A stretch of DNA of 64,000 nt from Ylistrum balloti (taxonomy: Eukaryota), in assembly GCF_031769215.1 (NCBI RefSeq), contig NW_026782658.1:310001-374000 (forward strand), read 5' to 3'. The notes under the pieces were generated by a model. That model was given only the letters and a program-made list of their open reading frames with translations, was not told the origin of the DNA and did not search any database. The position numbers were made by a program, and so were the translations under genes. Every line of letters starts with the position of its first letter. Within the stretch, counting starts at the first letter, position 1. Positions 51,520 to 64,000 of the stretch are shown here, piece after piece.

Positions 51520-51580
51520 ACAAAGATTTACATGGCGGGTTTCGTCGATGAAGCAGAAACTGTTTACCATTCCTTTTAGT
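51520..51580 (-). repeat. Dispersed short repeat, second copy at 58801-58860 (+)
   Basis: Both copies share TTCTGCTTCATyGACGAmACCCrCCATGTAA in opposite orientations. Confidence 0.5.
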
Positions 51581-53249
51581 ATCCACGAATTTTTTTATCA
51601 AATATTAAAACAAAATACTTAAATAGGTTATTTGAACAGCCGCTAGACAAATTCGATTGTCCAAGAACTACTCTTTGTTAACATTGTTGTGCAGAGTAGT
51701 ATGTAATTAACATGTATGAGAAACGCGGTCACTTACAATATCTGTATTACCCACATGCTTCTGATGTCTGATTGCTGTGAAACAAAATGGTCTTAATCAC
51801 CTAAAGGCTGAAACACGATCTTGTTTTCTTTGCTTTCCTACAGCGTTTTTTTTTTTTATTTTTATTTTTTTGACAAATCTTTCTTTTGTTCACATAATGG
51901 CCCAGTTCCATTGATTTTGATATTGAACAAATACTTTTCTAACATGGCGATATTTTATTATTGTTTTAAATAAATAGAAATTATAGTCCATAATTTAGTT
52001 CTTAACATACCATAACCGGCATTAGGTCGTGCAGGTACATATAAACAGTGTGTTTGTTTGAGACTGTCATATCGTATAGAATATTTGCGTGGATACCTTA
52101 ACGGACTGTCAACGACAATAAAGGCTATCATTTTACCGGTATTGTCTTCACTGTGTAGCATGTTAATACAGTTCGCTGTTTGTAGCAAACCGTTAATCTT
52201 TATTCATTATTGAGAAGCCTTGTGTATCGCGGAGATGAATTGTCTGGTTAGATCGCTTGTTGAGATATTCATACTTTGCCAGGTTTAAAGAATCTACCGC
52301 GCCTTCATACCGTTCCAGATGGTGTAGCAATTTACGAATACTTCTTGAATGGGTACTATCAAAGAAATGGGGATATATTGACCCCAGTAGACATTTATCA
52401 AATTCCATACCGTTTAATATTTACCGATATAAAGAAAATTATGATTTTTTTTGTATAATTACTATCGAGCAAATATAAATTCCAGTGGATATTTCTTAAA
52501 TCCCATACTGTTTAATATTTTCAGATATAAAGTATATTATGAACGTTCTTTGTATAATTACTATCAAACAAATAAAAAAAACAATGTAGATGTTTTCTTT
52601 AATCTCAAAAAAATGTAATATTACATAATGTGAAGCAAATCATGAACGCTCCTATAATAAGAACTGTCAAACAAATAGGCACGTGCAGATATTGACCCTA
52701 GAATATTCGTTTCCTGTCATCCCTTGCCATTTTTATTATTGTATTCAAAGCAAACTGTGTTTTTTATAATTACTGTATAAGAAATAGATGTATATTGAGC
52801 CTAGTGAAATTGTTCTTTTCTCAAACACGATTTTAAAAATTCTAATCATCGAGGCAAGAATAATGATAATAATAATTATTATTATGACATTCTTAACGGC
52901 CCGTCAACACATAAAAGGTCATTAGGGCCATCAAACGGTCAAACACATTACGAACGAGCAAGAAAATACCAATAACACGGTGTAACACTATTTACTGTGA
53001 ACGTATTAAATTTGGCGAAATATAATTTTAGCGAATGATTACATTTTGGCAAAATAGCGCAATGTTCTATTTGCGCATCCATTACAATTACTTTATAAAC
53101 AGCATACAAGAAAGTTCAATTAGTTCAAAATATCTGAAATAAAATTGCCACCAAAATATATACGGTATGTAATTTAGATTTCTGTTATCTAGTCTTCAGA
53201 TCAACCAAACATAACATGTTCTTAATTCTCTATTCAGTTGAAAATCAGT

Positions 53250-53745
53250 TGTTTAGTTAGAAAACTGAATGTCGATGTTTCAAACAGTTGATCTCAATAT
53301 GTCGAACCTGACTATTTAGTTAAATAACTGAGAGTCGAATTTTCAAACAGTTGATCTCCATATGTCGAACCTGACTATTTAGTTAGATAATTGAGAGTCG
53401 ATGTTTCAAACAATTAATCTGGATATGTCGAAGCTGGCTGTTTAGTTAGATAATTGAGAGTCGATGTTTCAAACAATTAATCTGGATATGTCGAAGCAGG
53501 CTGTTTAGTTAGATAATTGAGAGTCGATGTTTTAAACAATTAATCTGGATATGTCGAAGCAGGCTGTTTAGTTAGATAATTGAGAGTCGATGTTTCAAAC
53601 AATTAATCTGGATATGTCGAAGCTGGCTGTTTAGTTAGATAACTGAGAGTCGATGTTTCAAACAATTAACCTGGATATGTCGAAGCTAGTTGTTTAGTTA
53701 GATAACTGAAGGTCGAATTTTTAAACAGCTGACCAGGATATATCT
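53250..53745. repeat. 63-bp minisatellite, about 8 copies
   Basis: Unit GTTTAGTTAGATAATTGAGAGTCGATGTTTCAAACAATTAATCTGGATATGTCGAAGCTGGCT; TTGAGAG recurs at 53391, 53454 and 53517. Confidence 0.93.
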
Positions 53746-55617
53746 GTAAAAGGACACTTTAGACAGTCGGTGAGAATACATTATACCTGATTGTTTAGAT
53801 ATACTGTACAACCTTACATGTAGACTATGACCAGATGTCAAATCTTGTTGCTAGAATAATCCAGTATCTACCTTTACAGTCTAGTAATGTTGAGAAACAC
53901 TGAAGCTTGCCGATTACAAAAACAACAGGAAAGATCAAATTAATGTGTAATTGAGCCAATATCACTACTCTTCGCAATTGTATAATGACAGATTGTATTT
54001 TGTGCTGTGATCGATTCCACGCGCCGCGGGTGGACGATTAAGACACATAGATACTTCACTCCCTCTCTCGCGACACTCGGTCGATGTTATCCGATATCCG
54101 TAACGAACGTGAGGTTGTGTACGGGGTAACTCGGGTATGTTGATCACAGCACCGTGTCACAATACCATCTTATGTCGTGGGTTTACTATACAGATGGGAG
54201 ATACCGTTACAAATACACTAACTCTATCCGGCGGTTGAACCCGGGTTGATCGTTACTGATTTGTTATTACATCGACCGACTTCTGCTGGAATAAAAAAAA
54301 CCCACACAAGTTGATCAACCGAATGAAAAAAAAAACTGCAAAAAATATATGAAATTATATTAAGGACGATGTTAAAAATAATCCTTCTGACACTGTATTC
54401 AAGGTTGATGATAAAGATTTTGGTTGAGTTTAAGGTAGGGTTTATTTACTATTAGATGTTGAATGATATTCAGGTTAATAATATTTCAGTTTTGTGCCAT
54501 TAAGCTGACAATTCTGATATGCCTGTAAAAAGAATGGTAGGTATACGAGTATGTATATATACTGGAGGGTGTTCCCAGCATCTAGTCATACCTGCAACAA
54601 TGACTTGCTCTGTTTCCGCCTTACGTTAGTACGCATGCGTGAACGGTATCAAATCAACGTCAACAAAAGCCCTAATCATGGGTACCTGGAACTACAGGTA
54701 AAAACAACAGCATTTGTATTTATATCAACGTCAGGAAGCCTTATCGTACAGAGTGAAAAGAGGATATATTCGATCATCGTCAGGTGAGTTTGAATTTGTC
54801 GCCTAGCTGTAGGTAAGGATAATGTTTACCAACATCATACTTATCTAATTGAAATTGAAGCACTTTCAGATGGTAAAATATTACAATTTGGAATGTACGT
54901 TTAATGTGTTCTGTCAGCATTGTAATTTACACCTTTTTTCATTTAGCAAAATTGTTAGTTGGTTTTTGCGTATATTTAAAAATTAGTAACAACACAGTCG
55001 TAGAATACATAGAAAACAAACACAAAAATTCCAAACGAGTTCCATAGCAATAAAGTTGTTTTGATAAATCGAGTTTCAGTTTAATTGATTAATGTTGAAT
55101 GCCATATAAGAGAGGGAATCCTTATCTTTAAGTATTTTTAACAATCAACTTTTTTGAGATATCATTTCTAGCTCTGTAACCTAACAGTACCATGTTATGA
55201 TACAGCAAATAAGCGGAAGTGGTAGATTTACTGATCTGAGTGACGTTTAATCACTGTTAAGCGTAATCGATTACGACATGTTTAAAAAATAACCTGATCT
55301 TAAGTAATCAACGGACAAGCAAAAAACCAAACAAAAGAGCCTTTGTAAGGTATTTGTTAACATAAATCTGTTCTTAGTTTTAACACAATAACATCTTGTT
55401 CCACTCTTTGTCAATACCAAACAAATCCTCTTTATGGTCGAAAGGAAATATTTCAGATTTGTAAGTTATTGCCTTGTTTCAATGTTTTGAGGTATCAAAA
55501 TATGACGTATGAAATACGATAACATCGTTATCAAACAAAAGGCGATGTCGTGAAAGTACCGCAAACGTGATACAAGGCACTGCGTGTTTTAGGTTTAGGC
55601 ATGAATATGATAAGGTT

Positions 55618-56080
55618 NNNNNNNNNNNNNNNNNNNNNNNNNNNNNNNNNNNNNNNNNNNNNNNNNNNNNNNNNNNNNNNNNNNNNNNNNNNNNNNNNNN
55701 NNNNNNNNNNNNNNNNNNNNNNNNNNNNNNNNNNNNNNNNNNNNNNNNNNNNNNNNNNNNNNNNNNNNNNNNNNNNNNNNNNNNNNNNNNNNNNNNNNNN
55801 NNNNNNNNNNNNNNNNNNNNNNNNNNNNNNNNNNNNNNNNNNNNNNNNNNNNNNNNNNNNNNNNNNNNNNNNNNNNNNNNNNNNNNNNNNNNNNNNNNNN
55901 NNNNNNNNNNNNNNNNNNNNNNNNNNNNNNNNNNNNNNNNNNNNNNNNNNNNNNNNNNNNNNNNNNNNNNNNNNNNNNNNNNNNNNNNNNNNNNNNNNNN
56001 NNNNNNNNNNNNNNNNNNNNNNNNNNNNNNNNNNNNNNNNNNNNNNNNNNNNNNNNNNNNNNNNNNNNNNNNNNNNNNNN
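55618..56080. other. Assembly gap (463 N)
   Basis: Run of N; the X-rich ORFs are artefacts. Confidence 1.
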
Positions 56081-58225
56081 TCTAAATATATCAAATGACT
56101 TACTGTAAAATGACGAGTTCACGGGTCTGGAATTTTCTGTTTTTTTAAAGGAACATTATATTTCGCTGGTAATTGAGTTCGTACATGAACATTACATCCA
56201 CTGACGTCAAAACTGCATAGTGTCTCTTTAGCTGTTTTATAATTCAAATGAATTCGCGGACAAAAATATAATTTTATATAACATCTACATCTTCACAGTT
56301 TTGGTTATGTCAAAATTAAGAATATGTATGATTTACATAAAATGACAAAGATTAGGATAAACTGACTTGTTTGTAGAAGGTTTGTAAATAAATTTCTAAA
56401 CACAAAATGTTTCGTGTTCCGTTTCATGTTGAATGTCCAAAACTAACATCTTGTATCACGTTTCAGTTAAAATCAATCAAGATGTATCGATCCATGTGCT
56501 TTCCGACCCAGTAACACTGATTGCGATTTTCTTGGTAACTGATTTCTACTGGGCCCTGTAGAATATCAAATTGCCACTGATACGTTACACATACTACTGG
56601 GTTAAAAGAATCGATTACCCTGATATGTCTCATCATATACTTACAAATGTTTATTGCAACCGTTATCCATAACATTTAAACATCGTATGTTCTCAAACAA
56701 TACATGTTTTACAAAATATATAAAACGTTCATTATTTCCATAGTCTGTAACACGATGATGATTTTTATAGGTAGAGAACATTTGTCTCAAACCAAATCTC
56801 AAATAGCTCCAAATTCCTCTGCATTCCGAAAAATATTATCAGCATGCTACAAATAAATGTTTCTATAATTCATTAGGAAATATTTCCTCAGTATGTTATA
56901 TAGAATATTTCAAGTTTTGTTATACAGTAAATATTTCATTTATGGTTAATACTTAAAACAAAACCCTAGTCAAAACACGATATGCTTTAACAGACTATAA
57001 TATCGCTAATTCCACGTTATTTGTCATTGCACACATCGATGGAACTCGAAATACCTGTTCCATCACCTTTGTCTTATTTGCAAACGGAGCCAACGGAACT
57101 GTGAAAAGACATAACGCTTTGTATATTTACAGATGTTTTTGCTGTGACTTGATATAATGTAAACATGGATTCTTAAAGTTTAAAAGTAAAGGTTTTCGTT
57201 TCATTTTGAATGTCCAAAACCACCATCTTGTTTCACGTTTCAAGGGAAATCAATAAAGTTATATCGAGACAAAACATAACGCTTTGTATATTTACAGATG
57301 TTTTTGCTGTGACTTGATATAATGCAAACATGGATATTTACATATGTTTTTGCAGGAATTTAAAAAGTTTAAAGGTAAATATTTTCGTTGTGACATGTAT
57401 TTTGTGAATGGCAATGAATAACACGCAGACGTTTTAAAGGCATGACAAATCTAATGATGATTTATAATACTCCAGTTTGCACGTCTACACTTTGGTACAG
57501 TTTTTTGCCCATATTTTTGAAGTGGTTGTATGAATTAAACGTATCGTCAAAGGCTTGATAATTTGTATCAAGAATAGTTCAATCAAAATGTACACAAGAC
57601 GATACAGTTTCCGAATGGTCTTTGTTCAGTTCACGTTTGTGCTTAACACTGGAAACATTGGTCAATTGACTAGGCGCAGTCCATTTATGACAAAAATCTA
57701 TTCTTTTAACATTTCCGTCACAATGATGAAGTATTATCATATGTTTGTTTAAGTGGTAAAATGAGACGACACTGTGGGGTATTGTATAACTAGCAGCAAG
57801 GTTAGGTCAACTGGGAATCGATTGAAAAATAAAATTTAGTTTTGTATTGTTTGGAATACATTGAAGAACAAAAGAAATTGATTGAACGTGGTTTTGAAAG
57901 AGATGAATCCTGATTATTGTTTTAAAGTGAAACAATGTATATGGTTAACAGCTCAGGTATCGACTGGGCTTGTCAAGGTGAATCAGTGTAGTTAACTTCT
58001 CGATCAATCAGTATGTATGGTCATTGACAACGCAAAACAAACAACGCTTTTCGAGGATATGTAAAAAAAAAAGACTGTTGCTTGTACGTTTAGCATCTTA
58101 TTACGAATGACAAAATCAAATTAATACTTATTTAAATAAACGCTCATTCATTACGCTACAATATACAAAACAATTTACAACATGTCAACATAATCATAAT
58201 CTTAACTCAAATTCAATAAAACTAG

Positions 58226-58729
58226 GGCAAAATATGAACAAATGAAAGGCTTACATTGCGTTTTCTAGGAAGCATAACACGCGTCACCCTCCTTTGGCCA
58301 TATTACAGACAAAACATCCCATCAACACTTAGGACTAAGTTTTACAAATGATGCATTTTGAAGATCACATATTCAGAATATTTATGGAAAAGCCTACAAT
58401 AGACTCAATATTATCCGTATTATTAAAACTTAAGTCAACCGATAATCATTAATTACCATTTACACTTCATTTATTAGGCCAATTCTTGAATATGCTGACA
58501 CAGTATGAAATTATTGCACACAACAGTTAAAACATTCACTTGAATCAGTTCAGTCAGAAGCTGCTAGGATCAAAACAAGCTTTCGATCAGGACCAACACA
58601 CATAACAAACTTTATACAGAACTGGGTTTTGCCTAATATTCAATCATTTGACCATACCATCTGTCAATACAATTCGTTTAAATGAAGGTTACAATAAACA
58701 AGAAAATAGCAACATGTCTTCATAATCCA
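58226..58729 (+). mobile_element. Degenerate CR1/L2-type LINE RT C-terminal fragment
   Basis: HLGLSF...KAYNRLNIIR...IYTSFIRPILEYAD...LESVQSEAARI across broken frames; flanked by 22-bp direct repeats. Confidence 0.7.
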
Positions 58730-60494
58730 AACTCAAATTCAATAAAACTAGAGCAGCGGAGATCGCTGAAAAAGTGCTAGGATGATATGGTCAGGCGTTT
58801 CGGAAGAATAAGCGCCTTCTGCTTCATTGACGACACCCACCATGTAATCCTTGGTAAATCCAAGTAATGTCACTTTCTACAACTTAAAATTATAGTATCA
58901 TCAAATAAAACGTACAGACATGTCTGATATGTATACACTGTACTGTACTTACCGTCAGAAATAACGATTTATTCTAAAACTTATCAAGCGTTTTCTAAAT
59001 GTCATTGTAATCAATATAATTTTTGCCAAAAAGGCACTTTGCAATTTTATATGCTACACTTACATTCTGAAAATATCATACAGCACCTTATAGCTATAAC
59101 TCTGACTTTACAAACATATCATTTTGCATATGAAGCGTGACAAATACATTTAGAAACACTTACTCATTTTATAAACGTAACGCATACCAATATGCATAAT
59201 GATATGATGAGCTGGAATAAAGAAAACAGGAAATATGTCGGGCGCTCGAGCTAAATATCTTATAAGAGGTCTTTCATAAACTTTTCTTTTCAGTTCAAAG
59301 ACATTAGGAAAGAAAAGATGATCGCTGATATGCGTTTACCATAGGCCTCATCAAGAAAACCTGCCAGAAAGCGTTTGGCATGGCTTTGTTGGAGCTTCAT
59401 TTGGGCATACATATAATGATAAACTAACAATTGATCAGTCACAATATCAATAATTATCCACGGGTTACTATTGGAATAATGTATTAATGTGTTTATGATA
59501 TATTGGCTTGTGATGAACTAGTTCACTTACAGTATCAAGGAACATAACCAAACTGGTTCTAATGTATTGTATAGAGAAGGGCGTCCCTATTCCGCAACAC
59601 TTTATTAATGCCAACAACCAGTTTTAACCTTTTAATAGCAAGATAAATTAATCGAGCTGAAACTGTTCCAGAAGTCGTGCAATACCCAGCATATACCGAC
59701 CGATCAACATCAGAGAGCTTGTATTTCGCCTCCGCGGTCAGACAGCTGTAGAGATCAATGAAGATGGAGACAAAAGATACGGTCGAACCATAACTAGTAT
59801 AAAATTCTTTACCTTAGAAATAATAACTATTGTTGGTTGGAATCGATAGTTTATACGTACGATGAAAACAAAAACCATTTGACGTCACGAAGATATTTTT
59901 CTTATAATCGAATCCATTGTTTTGTCATGATTCCAATTACTAATCGAGGCATTAAGACATATACGGTGCCTAATGTCAATGTGGATTATTTTGTTTACGG
60001 CCTTAAGATAATGACTTTCTTCGGAAACCAATTATAAAGTCACGTGATTTGGATACCTGGTTTGTTAATTGATTAGTTTGAATTTAAGAGGGCGGTGATT
60101 ATCAAATACAATAATTTCTAACACTTTCTAGCATTGAAGTTTCTGTCGACCGTAGAGCTTAGCTATATATCAAAGAGGACACCACAAATGGCTCTACTAG
60201 GCGATATATACAATGAACAGCTGCCAAGTATCTAAACAAATAGTTTTTAAAAAAATCCGATATCAGTTGTTGGAACACAATCAGGCTGTCATTGTCATTC
60301 CGGAAATCGATGTCGTATCATCTTTTTTTTTTTTTTTTTAGTTTTCTAGGATTTCCGTTTAAATACTTCTGTTGTTATTTTACCCTCGTTTGATTGATAG
60401 TACACATGCTTACATGTCGATATATTCTTTTAATGAGCACATAAATGTGATTTATGAGTTATATATATATATATATATGTTTCATTAAATGTAG

Positions 60495-60619
60495 AATTTA
60501 TGAAAATGATGGACCAAGAAATAGCACTGCGGGAACTACAAGATGAGCGAACGTTCAAAAAAGGTACGTTGATGTATTTACGTCAGTAATTAAGTAAAAT
60601 TAACAAAGTTAGCAGTAGT

Positions 60620-60685
<66 letters not shown>

Positions 60686-62882
60686 TGGGAGAGAGAGAGG
60701 GGGGGGGGTCAGTAAAATTGTAAATCTACATTCTTTTCATTTAAAAAGAACAAGAAATAAAAAGTACTCACCATTAACTGCGAAAATATAATTTGCAGAG
60801 ACTGAGCATGTCTTCTCGAGTGATAGGTAGATGCGTAAAAACTGGAATGGTTAGGTGGTTGTTTTAAAGTGGTTACCTTCAGGTTACATCTAATTCATAA
60901 TGAAATACTTGATATAGTCTTAAGAAAGAATTGTAATTATTTGAATTAATTATTTGTCATGTTGGCCAATTTTCTTTCCGTAGTAATGAAAAAACTTTTC
61001 CGACAATTGGACACCAATGGTAACGGAAGTCTTGGAGTAACGGAAGTTATGACAGCTGCGCGCATGCTTAAAATGAAGCCATCAAGGGAGGAAGCTATGG
61101 CTATGATAAAGAAAGTTGACAAAAATAGTAAGTGCTGTATTCTATCAATGTGTTTGACACTTTAAAAGGCACAGTGGGAATGAAATATACCTGAAGCTAT
61201 TTTCTGTCTCAGAATATCGTGTAATCTCGATAACTTCTAAACCATTAAATGTATGTAAATATGTATACTACGAATGGAAACAGCAAACATTTTATCATTG
61301 AAACCCTTATTTATTAGAATCGTGTATTCTAAATACTTGAGATATCTAGGTTTCTGTACTTACCAATGGCTAGCGAAGCGCCGTTCTTCAGCCATATTTG
61401 CTTATAATAACAAATTACATGTTCATCATACCAATCATGATGGAGCCCCTGATATTTAGCTTTATTTATTCGTGAAATTAACTTTCTACGAAAAAGTATT
61501 TAAAAGAAAACCGCAAAAATTAACACCCGTGAAAATATATGATTTTACAGTATAGAAATCTTAAATAAACGCCAACCAAATCATACGAAATCACACACTC
61601 ATCATGCCAAACACGTTGGATCCCCTGAATGTATCTACTAATATATATTTTTAAAGTTAGCATATGATTTCATGGATAAAGCGTACCCGCAAAACGAAAG
61701 AAAATATATTGCCCACGAAAACATAATTTATATTTATATCCCATCAATGTTTACCTGAGTTACATGATTTTTCTGGCACATGACAGTATTATCAATTATT
61801 TGCTTCTCGAAGATATGTAAAAGAAATGTATCGCTTAATCAGAAACAGGATGTTTAGTTAATGAGATAACATGTGTCCGCATAATTTTAGTTAAACATTA
61901 ATATTTATTGCTTATTTGTGTTATTTGTGTAGCCTCAAATGTATTGTTACACCGACAGTGACTAATTAGTTTATGGGCAAATTAGTTTAGATTTGTTGAT
62001 TTCATTCATAATTTGTCGTGCTACCTGTAAATGATTGATTCCTTTTCCCCTGGAACTCGGACATTACAATGGGCTAATCATCAATAAATGCCACGTTTAT
62101 ATTTTTAATCCACAGGGGATGGATGTATAAGTTACCGGGAGTTTGAAACCATGATGGAGGAGTACGTTTCGCTGCTAGACTTCCAAGACCGGGAACTGAG
62201 ACAGGCCTTTTGTACCTTTGATCGAGATGGGAATGGTTACCTGGATAAAGGTGAACTAAAACAGGTCCTCAAGGGTATGGGAGAGAAAATGTCTGACCAA
62301 GAGGCGGAAGAAGTTTTCAGATTGGTTGACGTCAACAGAGACGGGAAAATATCCATAGATGGTAGGAACATTAGATTTAATATAAGTCACATGATCAACA
62401 ATTGATGAATTGATATCTGAAAAGATATGATGCAGTATATAATTCACATGTTATTCGGCTAAGAGGCATCGATATATTTTGTCTTATCACATATATATTT
62501 ATGATATCATAAGACAATTTATAAGTATTAAATGTTATGGCTGATGGTTTCGTTTTTGTTTACCTTCCTTTTTGAGAACGTGGCACTACTTACTTGGATT
62601 GATCAAAATTTATATGACGGTTGTCATCTATGAGACAGAAAACAATTTCTCTTCCAGAACACCTGGTCTTATTCTCGTGACACATATTCAGGAGTCTCGG
62701 TGTAAATCTTGATTCTGTTCATATTTTGCCTTTGTTTTATCTGTGTTTGAATATCTTATTATGTCAGTATTTTCTTCGCTTTTTCTTTTAAGGTCCTCTA
62801 TTTTCCTTTTCATTAATATGAATACATGTTTGTGTATTTTCCAGAATTCGTGAGAGCACTTTCAGCCGAACCACACACGTGA
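60495..62882 (+). CDS. Calmodulin-like EF-hand protein (four canonical EF-hands; probably 5'-incomplete)
   Basis: Exons 60495-60563, 60984-61127, 62116-62361, 62845-62882, all joined in phase 1. Loops DTNGNGSLGVTE, DKNRDGCISYRE, DRDGNGYLDKGE, DVNRDGKISIDE. 163 aa if started at ATG 60500. Too divergent to be true calmodulin. Confidence 0.88.
60623..60677. repeat. (GA)n microsatellite followed by G-runs, in an intron of the CaM-like gene
   Basis: Directly visible. Confidence 0.95.
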
Positions 62883-64000
62883 TACATATATCAACTTATT
62901 TCAACTTCCTCAACCTCCGAACAGTAATATGTACGACATATGTATGTATTTAATTAACCTGAATGATCAGATGAGCGCTATATCTATGGGATGACGTGCG
63001 GTTCTTATTTACCATGTAATGATGTTTGTTTATGTTGATTGAAAAGGTTTTCCATGCTAATGCATTCTGGTGAAAGATACATACAATCGCAGATTTTTCC
63101 GAATTTTGAGGAATTTTTATTGTTTCATTAGACGATTGGAATTCAAAATTTTCTTTGACTTTCATATTATAATCTCACATATTTCAATTTTGAGAAATGA
63201 TTTCATTTTTAAATATACTTGAGTAATGCGACCGCTGCTAAATGCTAGGATGCCTATACTTGTGTATATTTTTCGGATATTATTTCGGCTATAGTAATAC
63301 AGCTCTAGGAGGAAGTATGCTGTTGTTTTGTCTTCACGTTACCTAAGCCCGTTACAATATCTGTACAAACCCATACAAATTCCATATAAATAACAGTTGA
63401 AGTACTTAGCCAGCATACTTTGACAGATATGATGTAACTACACTTTCATCATGTGCATGTTTCATTTGATCAGTTCACAGTCGATTGCTATCACTCCAGG
63501 ATGTTAAAGATGGGTTAATAAGTAAAGGCGTTGATAGTATGTAAATAATTTTAGACAATGCTCCATGATTCAACACATAAAAAATTTTCACTGTTATTGC
63601 TCACGGCTACAATTTTTAAACCATAAGGATATGTCACCTGCAGACTAACAACTAATTGTCATTGTTTAGATCATTGTGCCCCATATTAGAGAGAAAATGT
63701 TATCTCTTTGAGACAAGAAGTATCATCGTTATTAGTGTTTATATATAAGCATCAATGTCTCGAAACGTGAACTTAGTGAACTCTTTCTTCGTATTAATGA
63801 TATGATTTATTGTTTGGATCAACATTCAAATATAAACAGAGATCTCCATTTCACAATTAATGAAGAGTTATATTATCAGAATTATTAATAAAATACAAAT
63901 GACCTATAAAGGTAATTTATCAAATGTACGTAAGGGATCTTCATATATAATAACCATTCCAATTAGGGCAATGATTAACAGAAAAAGCCAAATAAGACCG

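Noticed and set aside
53960-54800. CpG-rich patch, 11-bp inverted repeat and two candidate donors (54698, 54784) as 5' exons of the CaM-like gene
   Set aside because: No EF-hand content or other link; cannot be supported without transcripts.
55531-56122. 165-187 aa ORFs
   Set aside because: They span the N gap and are artefacts.

Overview
Eukaryotic, AT-rich, intron-rich animal DNA; the repeat families and gene content suggest a bivalve mollusc (inference). Genes built by hand from GT-AG, phase-consistent exons: first coding exon of GMPPA (-), a 3-exon GT32/DXD glycosyltransferase (+), an 11-exon DLAT (+), SNRNP25 (-) head-to-head with POLR3K (+), a 6-exon AIG1/ADTRP-family hydrolase (+) and a calmodulin-like EF-hand gene (+) that appears 5'-incomplete. 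Between and inside the genes lie several minisatellites (21, 25, 36, 45, 63 bp units and an 11-bp-based composite), microsatellites, degenerate LINEs (one nested insertion with a 15-bp TSD), MITEs (piggyBac-type and TA-flanked) and a 463-N gap. Most notable: a 355-bp TSD-flanked element carrying a hammerhead ribozyme core (retrozyme-like), the POLR3K-SNRNP25 divergent pair matching the human arrangement, a tandem array that multiplies a 5' splice site inside SNRNP25, and a weak candidate antisense gene with a 12-nt microexon overlapping the DLAT 5' end. Most long ORFs in the supplied track are repeat or gap artefacts. All coordinates were counted by hand; no database searches were run.
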